Translations under genes and position numbers: made by a program
The notes under the pieces: model-generated
Seen by the model: the letters and a program-made list of their open reading frames with translations, nothing else
Database searches by the model: none
What the model was told of the DNA's origin: nothing
IMG/VR virus record: IMGVR_UViG_3300046323_000587
Span: 1-64,000 of that record
Direction: 5' to 3' (one strand)
Length of the DNA stretch: 64,000 bases
Shown here: positions 43,375-54,859 of the stretch, one piece after another
How the letters are laid out: every line of letters starts with the position of its first letter
Numbering within the stretch: the first letter of the stretch is position 1

Positions 43375-44380
43375 ATGAAATTACCAACTAAAAAAGGGAA
43401 GTATTTAATTAAATATTATACTTCTATACCACCTAGTACAGGATTTAGATTTTCATATAAAATTTATCATACATTCTTTTCATATTTTGACGGAAAAAAG
43501 TTTGATAAAGAGAATGTAGTAGAATATCAAGAAGTAAATTGGGAAGTCTATACTTAAATAATTTAAATTATGTTAAAATGAACATTTTAATAAAAAATGA
43601 TTTAATATTCTCTGATGGAGAACAAGTAGTTTGTGAACAATGTAGTGTTATATTAAAATGTGGATTGTATAAATACTCTGATAAAAGAATTGGAGTAGTA
43701 TATGTAGAAGATAAACCAGAATATGTAATACACAATGATTTTCCTGTATGGCTACACGGTTGGTATTTAGAATGGAATAATGGCGGTATAGAAACACTAG
43801 AACATCATTTATATTTAAGTTTAGAAAAATTATCTGAATATGATAACATTTAAAGAGTTACAAGAATATAAAGAAGACCACAAACATCTTTTGTATGATT
43901 ATTTACAATGTAAAAAGAATCAAAAGAATTTTAATTACAAAGAAGAATTATGGAAAGGAAGATATGGAGAATCTGATACACGATATGACGGTTCTTGGAG
44001 TGATCCACAACTACAAGGTGTACTCACTAAATTTCAACAGTTGTGCGTATTAAAAGAGTTAGTCAAAATATCTCAAAAAAGATTAATTCAATTGAATAAA
44101 GAATATAAACAACAAAATATTTTAAAATCTAAAAATGTCAAGAACACTTAAAATAAATACAATAACTTTTACCAAAGAAGATGAAAAGTATAGACGTACA
44201 AGAGATTTTTTAGAAGGTAGAAGATTAAAAGCTTATACTGAAAATGGTAAAAGAGGTAAACGACTAACACCAAGTGGAGCTCGCAGTATATTGTTAAAGA
44301 ATAATATCAATAGAGCTGCTAAAAAACAATTAAGAAGTCTTATTAAAAATGAATTAAGAAATTATGATAAAACAGATTAG
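43375..44380 (+). other. run of small hypothetical CDSs (43375, 43539, 43840, 44135)
   Basis: Overlapping 60-104 aa ORFs. Confidence 0.6.
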
Positions 44381-44514
44381 TATTTCATTCACAATAGAAA
44401 CTGAAGAAGAAGCCTTTAAAAATAATATTACTTATAAAAAGTTTGTAGCACAATTTGAAAGTTTTATTAATAATTTTGATTATTTTACTATTAATGATTT
44501 AAAAATAGAAATAA

Positions 44515-44952
44515 ATGAAACATAATTTTGCTGATTGGGAAATTACTCAAAAACTAACTAAAAAAAATCCTTACATAAATAGAGAAAAATCTAATTTAAC
44601 TTGGGCTTATTGGTTTGTAAAAGATAAACCAGAGATAATTACAGTTGATTATTTTATTGATGAATCTACATCAAGAGATGTTTGGACTTTTGAAGATATT
44701 AGATTGTATTTAGATAGTAATAGATGTTATATTAATGTTTGGTATCACTTGTATCCGCATAATAGATATTTTACTCAGTCTATACATAGAAACGATGTTC
44801 AAGTTGTTCAAAATATGGACATTCAAGAGAAGTTAAGTTTAAAAAAAGGTAACTTATATTTTACTTACGAAGAAGCTCGAAAAGAAGCAATTATTTATTG
44901 TTTAAATTTAATCAACAATGATACACTGGAAACAAATAAAATTACAGAATAA
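44515..44952 (+). CDS. hypothetical protein, paralog of 41684-42079
   Basis: NFADWEITQKL..FEDIRLYL..YEEARKEAIIYCLNLI. Confidence 0.7.
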   Translation: MKHNFADWEITQKLTKKNPYINREKSNLTWAYWFVKDKPEIITVDYFIDESTSRDVWTFEDIRLYLDSNRCYINVWYHLYPHNRYFTQSIHRNDVQVVQNMDIQEKLSLKKGNLYFTYEEARKEAIIYCLNLINNDTLETNKITE

Positions 44953-45209
44953 TGAATCAATTATAGAAACTTCTGAAAAAGGAAATTATATGATTCCTTT
45001 GATTAAATCAGGTCAGAGACACAATTTAGAACCTATTAAATTAGAAGATATTAAAGTTGGTGATATACTCTTTTGTAAGTGTAAAGGAAGTTATTATACT
45101 TACTTAGTGTTAACTTTACACGAAACAAAAGGTTGTCAAATTAGTAATAAAAGATAGAATTAATAGTTAGATTAAACAAGTATTTGGTAAAGTAATTAAA
45201 ATATATTAA
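44918..45209 (+). pseudogene. S24/S26 peptidase-like pseudogene
   Basis: SEKGNYMIPLIKSG..VGDIL..; frameshift near 45152, then RINS*IKQVFGKVIKIY with TAG 45168; the expected catalytic Ser reads Tyr. Confidence 0.55.
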
Positions 45210-45540
45210 AAAATATTTATCCGTTATACAATAAAAAGTAATTTAAATTTAATTTTAAATGTTACTCACAATGGTTCGTAAAGCAAATTTAGTAAATTCA
45301 GAAATAAAATCAGCTTCAGTAGCACAAGAGTCAGTAGTTTGTACATTAGCAAAAATAGTAGATATTTTTAAAAAATTATATAGTTAAGATTGTGATTAAG
45401 CAAAAAATTATATAAAAAGTATATTATTAGAATCAAATTCACCAACAACTTTTTTAAGCTACTCAAATAACAAAAGAGTTTTTATTAGAATATAATGATG
45501 ATGAAGAACTTATTAAACGTATAAACAAAGTAAATTAACT

Positions 45541-45800
45541 ATGAAAGATTTTAATGAAAATGTGCTCAATATTTAGGTTGGATTAGAACAAAACAAACAA
45601 AAAATGGCGTACAATTAATTTGGTGGACTGATAATACTAATAATAATTACTTTGATTTAAAATTTGATTCTGATTGGAACTGGACCATTATTTTATTAGA
45701 AGCTATTTTACAACAGTGTGTAAATAATGATGACTTAGAATCTTATTCTGTTATACTAGATTGTATTCCTTATTTAAATTCAGTTAAAAAAAATTTATAA
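45541..45800 (+). pseudogene. frameshifted hypothetical gene
   Basis: MKDFNE, a 1-nt loss in an A run, then CAQYLGW..LKFDSDWNW. Confidence 0.55.
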
Positions 45801-45817
45801 ATATATAACAAAAACCA

Positions 45818-46973
45818 ATGAATAAATATAAAATAATACCTTCTAGTAATTATGCAGCTTTTACAAATTTTATTTACAATAAAATAAAAACAAGTGATTT
45901 ATATGATTATACGATACAACATAAAAGTTGTAATATAGCTAATGAAATTTTAGAAGAATCAGAAGAAGTTTCTCAAGAGAATAATAATATTTCATTAATT
46001 GCTGTAGAACAAATTTCTAATGAATATTTAAAAGAATTTACAGAACTGTTGAATTTAAAAGAAAATTATTACATTATATTTACGGACTAACAATGAATAA
46101 ACTATATAAATATTTACCATTTGATATTAAAGTCTGTATTAAGTCTATTTCAGATAGAACTTCTTATTTAGGTACACTAATTAGCTTAGATCAAGATTGT
46201 TGTTATATTATAGATGAAAACGGTATTAAAAGAGACAGTAAATTATCTCAAACTATTCCTTTATTAAAACCTTTTAAAAATGTTTTTAAACCCTTAATTA
46301 TTAATAAATTCCAAGCTAGTTTAATTAAAAAGAAAAATAAAAGTACAATAAATGTATTAGTAGAGTTTTTTACTATTCTTCTTAATATACCTAAACACTG
46401 TTCTACTATTAATGAAGAATATATTTTCTATAATGAAAAACAGACTTATTTTAGTTATTGTACAAATAACATCTGTATTACTTTTTATAAAGATTGGAAT
46501 TATATAATTGAAAATTGTGTAAATCATTCGTTTAATTTTGAAAAAGCATTTGATTTTTTAAGAGCTATGAAATTTGCAGTAGATTTTAAAGAAGATAGAT
46601 ATATTAAATTTGAAGATTAATGAAAACTAAATTAAGAATAGCTTTTGAGATATCTTATAATATAGAAGGCAATTATGAGTATATTTTAAATTATATTTAT
46701 GAAAACAAATATAGATTAATTGATAAAGTTCCTACTAAAATATTTTTTCTAGGTCTTTTAAATAGATTTAATTACAAAACACTAGAAGAAGCTAATAGAT
46801 TATTAAAGTTAATAAAAGAAGTTGTTGTTGAATGTTTAGAAATCTCAGGAATAGAATTATCTTTTGTAGATATTGAATGGAGTAATTTACAAATAGTTTA
46901 TAATCGATATAATCGTATTGATATATCTGACATTGAAAATAAACCTTACTTAATGAATTTTTACGAATTTTAA
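45818..46973 (+). other. three hypothetical CDSs (45818, 46093, 46620)
   Basis: Abutting 90-175 aa ORFs. Confidence 0.65.
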
Positions 46974-46989
46974 TTTACACTTTAAACCA

Positions 46990-47338
46990 AAACTACTAGA
47001 AGAAGACTATTTAACAGTAAAACAATTAAGAAATTTTCTTAATACTTGTAATTTACCAGATAATACAAAGGTATTTACTCAAAGATTAAAAGATATATAT
47101 GTTGAAAGAGATGATTCTTGAGTAATTAAAAAAAAGTGAACAATATCATAATGCTAAAAACTAGAATGAGTATATTGATAATTATAACAATTTTCTAGAA
47201 GATGAAAAATTAGATAATAAACTCAACGAAAAATATACAGAACAACAGCTTGATAAGCTTAAGACTGAGTATGTTCTGGTATGGAGAATGATTCAATATC
47301 TAGAAAAAAATCGATTATTTTTAAATATACACTATTAA
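46990..47338 (+). pseudogene. decayed hypothetical gene
   Basis: LTVKQLRNFL..LPDNTKVFTQR..DDS*VIKK with TGA 47119, then a frameshift to ..LFLNIHY*. Confidence 0.5.
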
Positions 47339-47350
47339 ACTTTAAAAGTA

Positions 47351-47548
47351 ATGAAAATAAAAAATAAACTAATTAAAAATCCAGATACTTGAATTGTAAA
47401 TGAGTTTGATGATTGGGGAAGAGGTATTGGTATAGAAATTGTTGTAGTGCCGCCTTTTGATTTAGATATTGATACAGTTGATGTAAGATGGGAAGATGGT
47501 AAATATTTTGAATTTATTAAACAATTAACTAAACTTGAGAAACAATGA
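47351..47548 (+). pseudogene. small gene with in-frame TGA
   Basis: KNPDT*IVNEFDDWGRGIG..VDVRWEDG, TGA at 47390. Confidence 0.6.
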
Positions 47549-47971
47549 AAAAGAAAATTGGTTTTATTTTATTATTAATTACTATGTTCTTATATCTCTT
47601 GATGATTTAAGAATAGAATTTACAGGAAATATTAATAATAAAACCAAAGATAAAAAGATTTATCAAGAAGCTATTTTAAGAACAATAGTAGCTTTAAAAC
47701 AAAATAAAAATGTGATATTTGATTCTACAAATTTAACAAAAGAGAGAAGATTGCCTTTTATAGAATCTGTTAAAAAAAGTTGCCAAATAGTATAATTAAG
47801 TATAAATTATTTGATATAGGTTCTTCAACAGCTAAACAAAGAATACAAAATGATATTCAAAGTGGAATTAGTAGAGCTTCTGTACCAGATTCTTCAATAG
47901 ATAGACATTTTGAATCTTATAAACAAATGCTTGAAGACATTAAAAATGAAAATATAATTATTATGAATTAA
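47545..47971 (+). pseudogene. polynucleotide kinase-like (AAA_33) pseudogene
   Basis: ISLDDLRIEFTG..VIFDSTNL..R and KQRI..RASVPDSSIDRH lie in different frames; no GxxGSGKS P-loop present. Confidence 0.65.
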
Positions 47972-47975
47972 TAAC

Positions 47976-48005
47976 TTGAACTAGAATTTTTTTATTTTAT
48001 ATTTG
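47976..48005 (+). promoter_or_regulatory. Bacteroidota-type sigma70 promoter
   Basis: TTG(47976)-19 nt-TATATTTG(47998). Confidence 0.7.
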
Positions 48006-48035
48006 TGTAACAATTTAATTTAAACTTAAATTAAA

Positions 48036-48269
48036 ATGGAAAAACGTAATGAAGTAGTAAATGATGTTATTTTCAATTTTTTAGGTAAAGTGGCAGAAGA
48101 TTTTCAAAAGAAATATCGTTCAAAAGGCTATTTAACAGTTATTGGTACATTTGAGAGAGATGTTAATAACAATAGACTTTCAAGTAGTATTATTGGACAC
48201 AAAACACCTAATTTAAATGAAAACAAGCCAAGCGATTATACTAGACTTATTGAATTTAAAACAACGTAA
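48036..48269 (+). CDS. small protein in its own transcription unit
   Basis: 77 aa, flanked by a promoter and a terminator. Confidence 0.7.
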   Translation: MEKRNEVVNDVIFNFLGKVAEDFQKKYRSKGYLTVIGTFERDVNNNRLSSSIIGHKTPNLNENKPSDYTRLIEFKTT

Positions 48270-48288
48270 GAAGATTATTAAATCAATT

Positions 48289-48321
48289 AATCCTTTTAGA
48301 GAAATCTAAAAGGATTTTTTT
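48289..48321 (+). terminator. intrinsic terminator
   Basis: AATCCTTTTAGA-GAAA-TCTAAAAGGATT plus T run. Confidence 0.9.
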
Positions 48322-48745
48322 ATGTAAAATTTTAATCATTATTTACTATGAACATTGATATAAAACAAACTCTTATTCAAAAGAATGAAAAAATAATTAC
48401 TAAAATAGAATTATTAAAAGAAGAAATATATAATCTTAAACAACAATCACATTATTTATGGAAACACCTATTAAAAAAAAGTAGTTGATTTTACTAAAAC
48501 ATATCAAAATTATATTGGTAAATATTATGAATATGATGAAAGTAGAATTAAAATTATTAGAGTGTGTACTGAATTTGAATGTACTAGGATTCGTTGTATT
48601 AATGGAGTGTATTGTGTTCAATACAATATTGAAGGAATTGATCGGTATAAATATTTTAAAATCTACTATGAAAGTAACTTTTTAAATTTGATAAAAAATG
48701 GAGTAGAGTTAAGTGAAGAAGAGTTTTATAAATTTAACGAAAAAT

Positions 48746-50089
48746 ATGAAAAACATTAAAGAATTATACAAACAACATTGTCTTGAATATAACATTGAAT
48801 TTCAAGACCAAGAATTAACGGTAAAACCATATAATGATTCTACATTATTTTGTCCAGCAGGTATTCAGCAATTTAATCATTTAATTAATACTGGTTTTAA
48901 AGGTACATTTGCTAATATACAACCTTGTATTAGATTAAATGATTTAGAAGAGATTGGAGATGGTTCTCATTTATTATATTTTAATATGATTGGTCTATTT
49001 TCTTTTAGAGAATTGACATTACAACAAGCTATTGATTTTTGGATGAGTTTTATATCAAATAAATTAGAATTGAAGTTAAGTAAAATTACTATTCATCCTG
49101 ATAAACCTGAATAGAGAGAATTATATAATGACTATAAAGAAAAAGAGTTAATTCAATTTGATGAAGGTTGTATTTGGAAAGATGGGGTTAGTGAAGGATA
49201 TTGTACTGAATTTTATGTTGAATATTTAAGTGAAGATTTAGAAATTGAAAATATTGTAAATCCTAATGGAAATTCGATAGATGTGGGATTTAGTTGAGAA
49301 AAGAGTGATATAGCTGTCAAATACCAAGAATTAGAAAAAGAAACAGTAAAATTTTTGATTGAAAAAAGAGAATAGAAAAAGTTATTACAATACAAACTTA
49401 AGGATCAAAAAAATAACTTAATCAACTACAATAGTATTATAAAACAAATTAACCCTGCAGTAAGTCCAAATACTATTTATTATTGGTATTCTACAACTGA
49501 TAAACAACGTCAAATAGACCGCCAAAATAAACTACAAAAATGGTTAGAAGTTAATCAACGTGAAGGAGTTGAATATGATCTTCCAGGTTTATCACATACA
49601 TTTGAAAAATATTTATTAAATAGTGTTCTAAGTAAATATTTAGTAATAACAAAAAATAATGTGAGCTTATTTATTCAATATTTTGATAATTTATATAAAA
49701 AATTACAATAAATAAACGTCAGTAAAAAACAAACTCTTATTAATATTATTAATGAATTATTAGATTCTGAATATTTACCTTCTAATAAACTACAAGGTTA
49801 TGTTACAAGAAAATTAATTAGATTGTAGTATAAAGAATATAGTAAAAATGATAAAAAATATATTGAATCTAAATTTTTATCAATTTCTTTATATAATAGT
49901 ATTAAATTAGAACAATTAGCAATGTTTAAATCTTCAATATATAATGTGTTACCTGTACAAAAAGAAGTTGAAATCTATGAAAAAGCAAAAGAAACTTATT
50001 TAAGAAATAAAGATAAAGCTAAATTTAAAGATAAATCAAGTGACTGGTGGCAAGATTCGTTTGGAGTACGTCCAGAAGATTTTGAATAA
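48746..50089 (+). pseudogene. alanyl-tRNA synthetase-like gene with five in-frame stops
   Basis: STLFCPAG.QQF, NIQPCIRLND, GDGSHLLYFNMIG.FSF, IDVGFS*E, PSNKLQGYV.RKL; stops at 49112, 49295, 49373, 49709 and 49826, all in one frame. Confidence 0.8.
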
Positions 50090-50525
50090 TTAAAACTATG
50101 CTTATTAACTTATATAATTAACTATAAATAACATACAACAAGAAATACTCGATAAAAATTCTCGCAGAAAAGAACAAGTAAAATTATTAATTCAAACTTA
50201 TAATTAATACGAAACAAATACAAGAAAAAACATCAAAATATATTATATTTCTTGATACAGAAGAATTTAAATATTATAAACAATTAAAATCTAATCCAGA
50301 ACAATTAATAGAAGTTAAACAATTTCCTAAGATATTTTATGTTTGGGAAGAAGTTAATACAAAAGAATATCTTGTTAATACTGAATATAGAGATATTTGT
50401 TATAACATAGCGGAAGAAGTGCACGAAAATATGGATTACGATGATATTGAAATTGGTAACATTAATAGTTTATATTTAGATTATTTTAACTATGAACCAG
50501 AAGAGTTAGTAGAAAATATTAAACA

Positions 50526-51337
50526 TTGGAATTTACCAATAGAATTAATAGAAAGATTAGAAAAATTAACTTAATTCCTAACAAGATGGAGCTATATAAA
50601 CATCAAATAACAGTAACAATATTAACTGATAAACCTATTGAGAATTTAGACGAGTTGCCTTTAACAGAAATAGAAGAGACTTATACAACAGGTCATTGGT
50701 TAGGTTTAAGTAAAATAAAATTTATTAATCAAGAAATAAAAGGAAAACAAAATCAATTAAAAGAATGTAAAAAATTAAATAATGGCGGTGAATTTTTTGA
50801 TTTATAGATTGTAATTATAGAAAAACTAAATAGTTTTATTGATAAACTAATTTTAGAATATCAAAAACATTTATTAAAAAGTAATAAAACACTAAGAAGT
50901 TTACCTAATGACTGAAAAATAGAATTACAAGAAATAGTTGAAGAATTAATTGAAAATACTAAATAAATATGAATAATCCTTCACAAATATTAAAAGAATA
51001 GTTATTTAAATTTTGTTTGATAGAACTTAAAAAATTTGAAGAATTTAAAGAAGAAGAGATTAAACCTAATAATTTTGATGAGTTTACTTCTTTTATTGAT
51101 AAATCTTTTAAAGAAGAAAAATGTAGATTATTTATAGACATTTTACACGAAGTAATTGAAAATAAAATAATTTCTCACTTATTTATAGGAGAATATAGTA
51201 TTAAATATACTTTTAAAATAAAAAAAGATTGTATACAAATCTATAACTCAATAAATGACGAAACTATTATAAATAGTATTGAAAAAACATATTTTGTGAA
51301 ACCTATTAAAATTACTACTTATGTAAGAATATACTAA
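50526..51337 (+). other. hypothetical CDSs (50526-50807, 51017-51337) flanking a TGA-interrupted ORF
   Basis: LPND*KIELQEIVEELI with TGA at 50913 lies between the two ORFs. Confidence 0.5.
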
Positions 51338-51429
51338 TTTATTTGTACTATAAAGTAATAATTAAAACTACTAAAAATTAAAAATAACTAGTAATTTGAC
51401 TGGTATTAAACAATTAATAATTTAAATTT

Positions 51430-51935
51430 ATGATAAACAAAATAAACGATTTAGAATTTAAGTATATTACAATAGAAGAATTAGAAACATTTAAACAATT
51501 TATTGAAAATAAAATTGAATCTGTAAAAATGATAAAGAAGTTATAAAAAAAGTATTAATATATTTTGCTAATGTAGGCATAATGTATGGTGATACAGATG
51601 GGTATTCAATATTTACGGAGGAAATTAATAGAGACGATTATATTAAACTACAACTGTTTAATTTTTTAGATATTACATTTAGTCACGAACAAATGGGCGA
51701 TACAGAAGGGCAAATAAGTGACTTCATTGATGTTGAAAAATTTTATTTTGATTTAAAAACAAGGTCTAGTATAAAACCTCGTTATTTGGAAGTTGAAAAA
51801 GCTTTAGATAGTATTTCTGACTATATTGAAGAACATTATTCTGATGATTTAAATTATGAAAATTTGTATAAATTATATTTAAATAACGATAATTTTGATA
51901 TAGAAAACTACAAATTAAATTCGGAAGAATCTTAA
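51430..51935 (+). pseudogene. frameshifted gene, paralog of 53377
   Basis: MINKINDLEFKY..EELETFK joins the 51582 ORF through a frameshift near 51525. Confidence 0.6.
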
Positions 51936-51953
51936 AGATAAAAATCAAATTAA

Positions 51954-52271
51954 ATGATTCACATAGTTAATAAATACAAACACACACCTAGCTCTACTGA
52001 CTATTATTGCGGTAGAGGTTCTTTATTTGGTAATCCTTACACTCATATTAGAGATAAGCAAACATTAGCTCAATTTATTGTTGATACAAGAGAAGAAGCA
52101 ATAAATAAATATGCAGAATATTTTAATAGTGTTATATTAAATAATGAATCAGCAAGAATTAAATTAAATAGTATGAAAGAAGTAGCTAAACATAATGATA
52201 TTTATTTGTTATGTTTTTGCGTTCCAAAGAAGTGTCATTGTGAGGTAATTAAACAATATTTAGAACAATGA
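51954..52271 (+). CDS. DUF4326 family protein
   Basis: YCGRGSLFGNPY..REEAINKY..LCFCVPKKCHCEVI. Confidence 0.85.
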   Translation: MIHIVNKYKHTPSSTDYYCGRGSLFGNPYTHIRDKQTLAQFIVDTREEAINKYAEYFNSVILNNESARIKLNSMKEVAKHNDIYLLCFCVPKKCHCEVIKQYLEQ

Positions 52272-52909
52272 AACCAATAAAAATATTTGAAATTTATTAA
52301 AACAAAATAATTTAAGTTTTGATTCTGATATATCAGAATTGCTTGAATTCATAGAATTGAAATCGGTATCTGTAAAAATTATTGATATTAATTTAATTAA
52401 ATCTTATTATATAAAAGAGTATTTATTTTATATTGGTGGAAATGAACCAAATATAAAATTAAATTTGCTATTTAATGCTGATAATATTATTAAAGAACAG
52501 TTAAATAATTCTGATAACTGTGAGAAAATTAAATTAAAAGAAGAGTTAGTAACAACATTTACTTATGAAAGATTATGATAACAAAAGAATTTTATGATAA
52601 GTTATTTAATAAAATAAATATAGAAATTAAAAAAGAGTTAAAAGATATAGAGGAAAAAGATCAATTTAGAAATGATTTACTAGTTGATTCTACTTTATGT
52701 TATATAGAGAATAATTGTATATAAGAAGGAACAGAAAATATTGATTTGCAGCATTCTGCTGAAGATAGGTATTATATATTTAAATGTGAAGATGAATATT
52801 TTAAATTGATTTTACCTTATTGTGAATATAAAAGTTTATTGGAAGAAATTGAAAGATTAAATGTACATTCTATAAAAAAAGTAACACCTAAACAAATAAC
52901 TAAAATAAT

Positions 52910-53374
52910 ATGGGAATTGTTATAACAAAACTAGATGAAATAGTAAACAAATACAGAGAATATAAAAAAGTAGATAATTATTGTAAAGGTTCTAATACCT
53001 TCTTTAATTTCTCAGATAAAGGATTTTTACTTGATTCAATAATTATTGGTTCATTTGTACTTATTCAAATATACTTACATCACAGCAATTGGAGAGAATC
53101 TGCTTTATTAAGTAAACCTTTATTATGTATTTATTTAGGTAGAACTGTATGGCAACAAAGTATAGTTGCAAAATTATTTGAAATACCTAGAAGGTATCAT
53201 TATGAAAATTGCGTAGATTTACAAGACGAAAGTTTAAATTCTCATTTATTTTACTCTAAAGAAAAAATTGCTTATATTCCTGAATGGTATGGAGACGATG
53301 TGGTATTATTAGAACAGTGGCAAAGTAAACCTAGTTTTAAAGAATTATTAAACGCTTGTAGAAAAAAGATATAA
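52910..53374 (+). CDS. hypothetical protein
   Basis: 154-aa ORF. Confidence 0.65.
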   Translation: MGIVITKLDEIVNKYREYKKVDNYCKGSNTFFNFSDKGFLLDSIIIGSFVLIQIYLHHSNWRESALLSKPLLCIYLGRTVWQQSIVAKLFEIPRRYHYENCVDLQDESLNSHLFYSKEKIAYIPEWYGDDVVLLEQWQSKPSFKELLNACRKKI

Positions 53375-53376
53375 CT

Positions 53377-54186
53377 ATGATAAAAGAAATCAATAAATTA
53401 AGTTTTAAATACTTCGATAAAGAAGAGTTATTAACTTTTAAAGAAATTATTAATAATACTAAGCTTGAAAAAATTAAATCAGGATTAGAAATAAAGAAAA
53501 GACTTTTAAAATATTTTGCTGAAGTAGATATATTGTATGAAGATGCTAGCCAACATTCTCTATACTATTAAAATAAGCAGAAGAAATTATATTTTACTTT
53601 AAGTATTTTCTAAAGAATACATTTCTTTTTCTAGTGTATATAAAGATAAAGATGAAATAGTTAGTGCTTTTATTGGTGTTATAATTTCTTATGTAGATAT
53701 TAGTACAAGTGAACTTGAAAGTGAATTAGACAATTGTTTATACTCATTAATTGATATTATTGAAACACACTATTTAAAAAAAAATCAAATTATTTTAGAT
53801 TTTGTTTATGAATATTACTATAAGTTACTTAAAAAAAATAAAAATTTTAATTTAGCTGAATATAGAATAAACTCTACTAAACCTGAAAACTATAGTATAT
53901 TTTTTAAAAGTTTTATTATTCGTTCATATTATATTTATGATACTGATGAATATTTATTACTTAAATATAATTCTTTTATTGTAACTAATTTAAGTAAAAT
54001 ATTAAATTTTAGTATTACTAAAAAGCATCTTTTATTAGATTGTCGTAAATTAAATGATAATATATTAAGTATATACGAATCGGATAGCGATAATAATATA
54101 ATGAAACCAGAACGTTATTATATTGTTCCTACACCTGATTTAATTAAAGAATATGATTTAAATGATTTAATTATTAAATTAAAATA
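53377..54186 (+). pseudogene. decayed gene, paralog of 51430
   Basis: MIKEINKLSFKY..EELLTFK..YFAEVDILY, then stops and frameshifts in coding-like sequence. Confidence 0.5.
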
Positions 54187-54416
54187 ATTATGGAAATACT
54201 AGCTAAATTTAGAATGGGAATAGATTCAAGACCTGATTAGTTTTGTGATAAAGCTAGTAGAAATGAAATAACACCTCATTATGTCAATGAAAAGGAACAA
54301 CATCAAAAAAATACTAATCCTTTTGAATTTAAAGAAACTTATGTTAAAATTAGAGAAGTAATAATAAATTGTGGAGAATGGGTAGGTTTAACAGAAGCTA
54401 ATAAAATTATTAAATT

Positions 54417-54659
54417 ATGAAAATAAACTATAAATTTAATAAAAGTATTGAAAGTAGAGATTGTGTTGTAGAAAGTGTAGAGTTAGAAATTCTAGTGTAT
54501 ACACTATATAAAAAATTAACTTTACAAACATTTACAGAAGCATTAAACAATGCTAAGGAATCAAAAGATAATTTTTTAATTGGTGGTAATAAAGGAGAAG
54601 GAATTTGTAAACAGTTGGAATCTTTATATAAACAAGAAACTAAGCAATTTACATCTTAA
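54417..54659 (+). CDS. hypothetical protein
   Basis: 80-aa ORF. Confidence 0.55.
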   Translation: MKINYKFNKSIESRDCVVESVELEILVYTLYKKLTLQTFTEALNNAKESKDNFLIGGNKGEGICKQLESLYKQETKQFTS

Positions 54660-54859
54660 CAAGACCTAAAATACTACATCAACACAATACAAGAACCAAT
54701 AGAGTTTATAGCTGAATCTGATATAGATCAAGTGTTAATGAAAGAATGGGTTGGTGAATGGGAATATAAAACTATACCCTTATCTACTAAACATTTGAGT
54801 ATAGTTAAAACAGGTTCACCAAAACTTAATTCAAATTGGACACTTAAAATTAAATAATT

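Noticed and set aside
45255-45385. Short minus-strand coding-like fragment (STIFANVQTTDSCATEADFISEFTKFALRTIVSNI)
   Set aside because: No start codon, too short and no recognisable motif to support a call.
52322-52339. Perfect 18-bp palindrome ATTCTGATATATCAGAAT
   Set aside because: At about 80% A+T a few such palindromes are expected by chance in 64 kb, and no second copy was seen.
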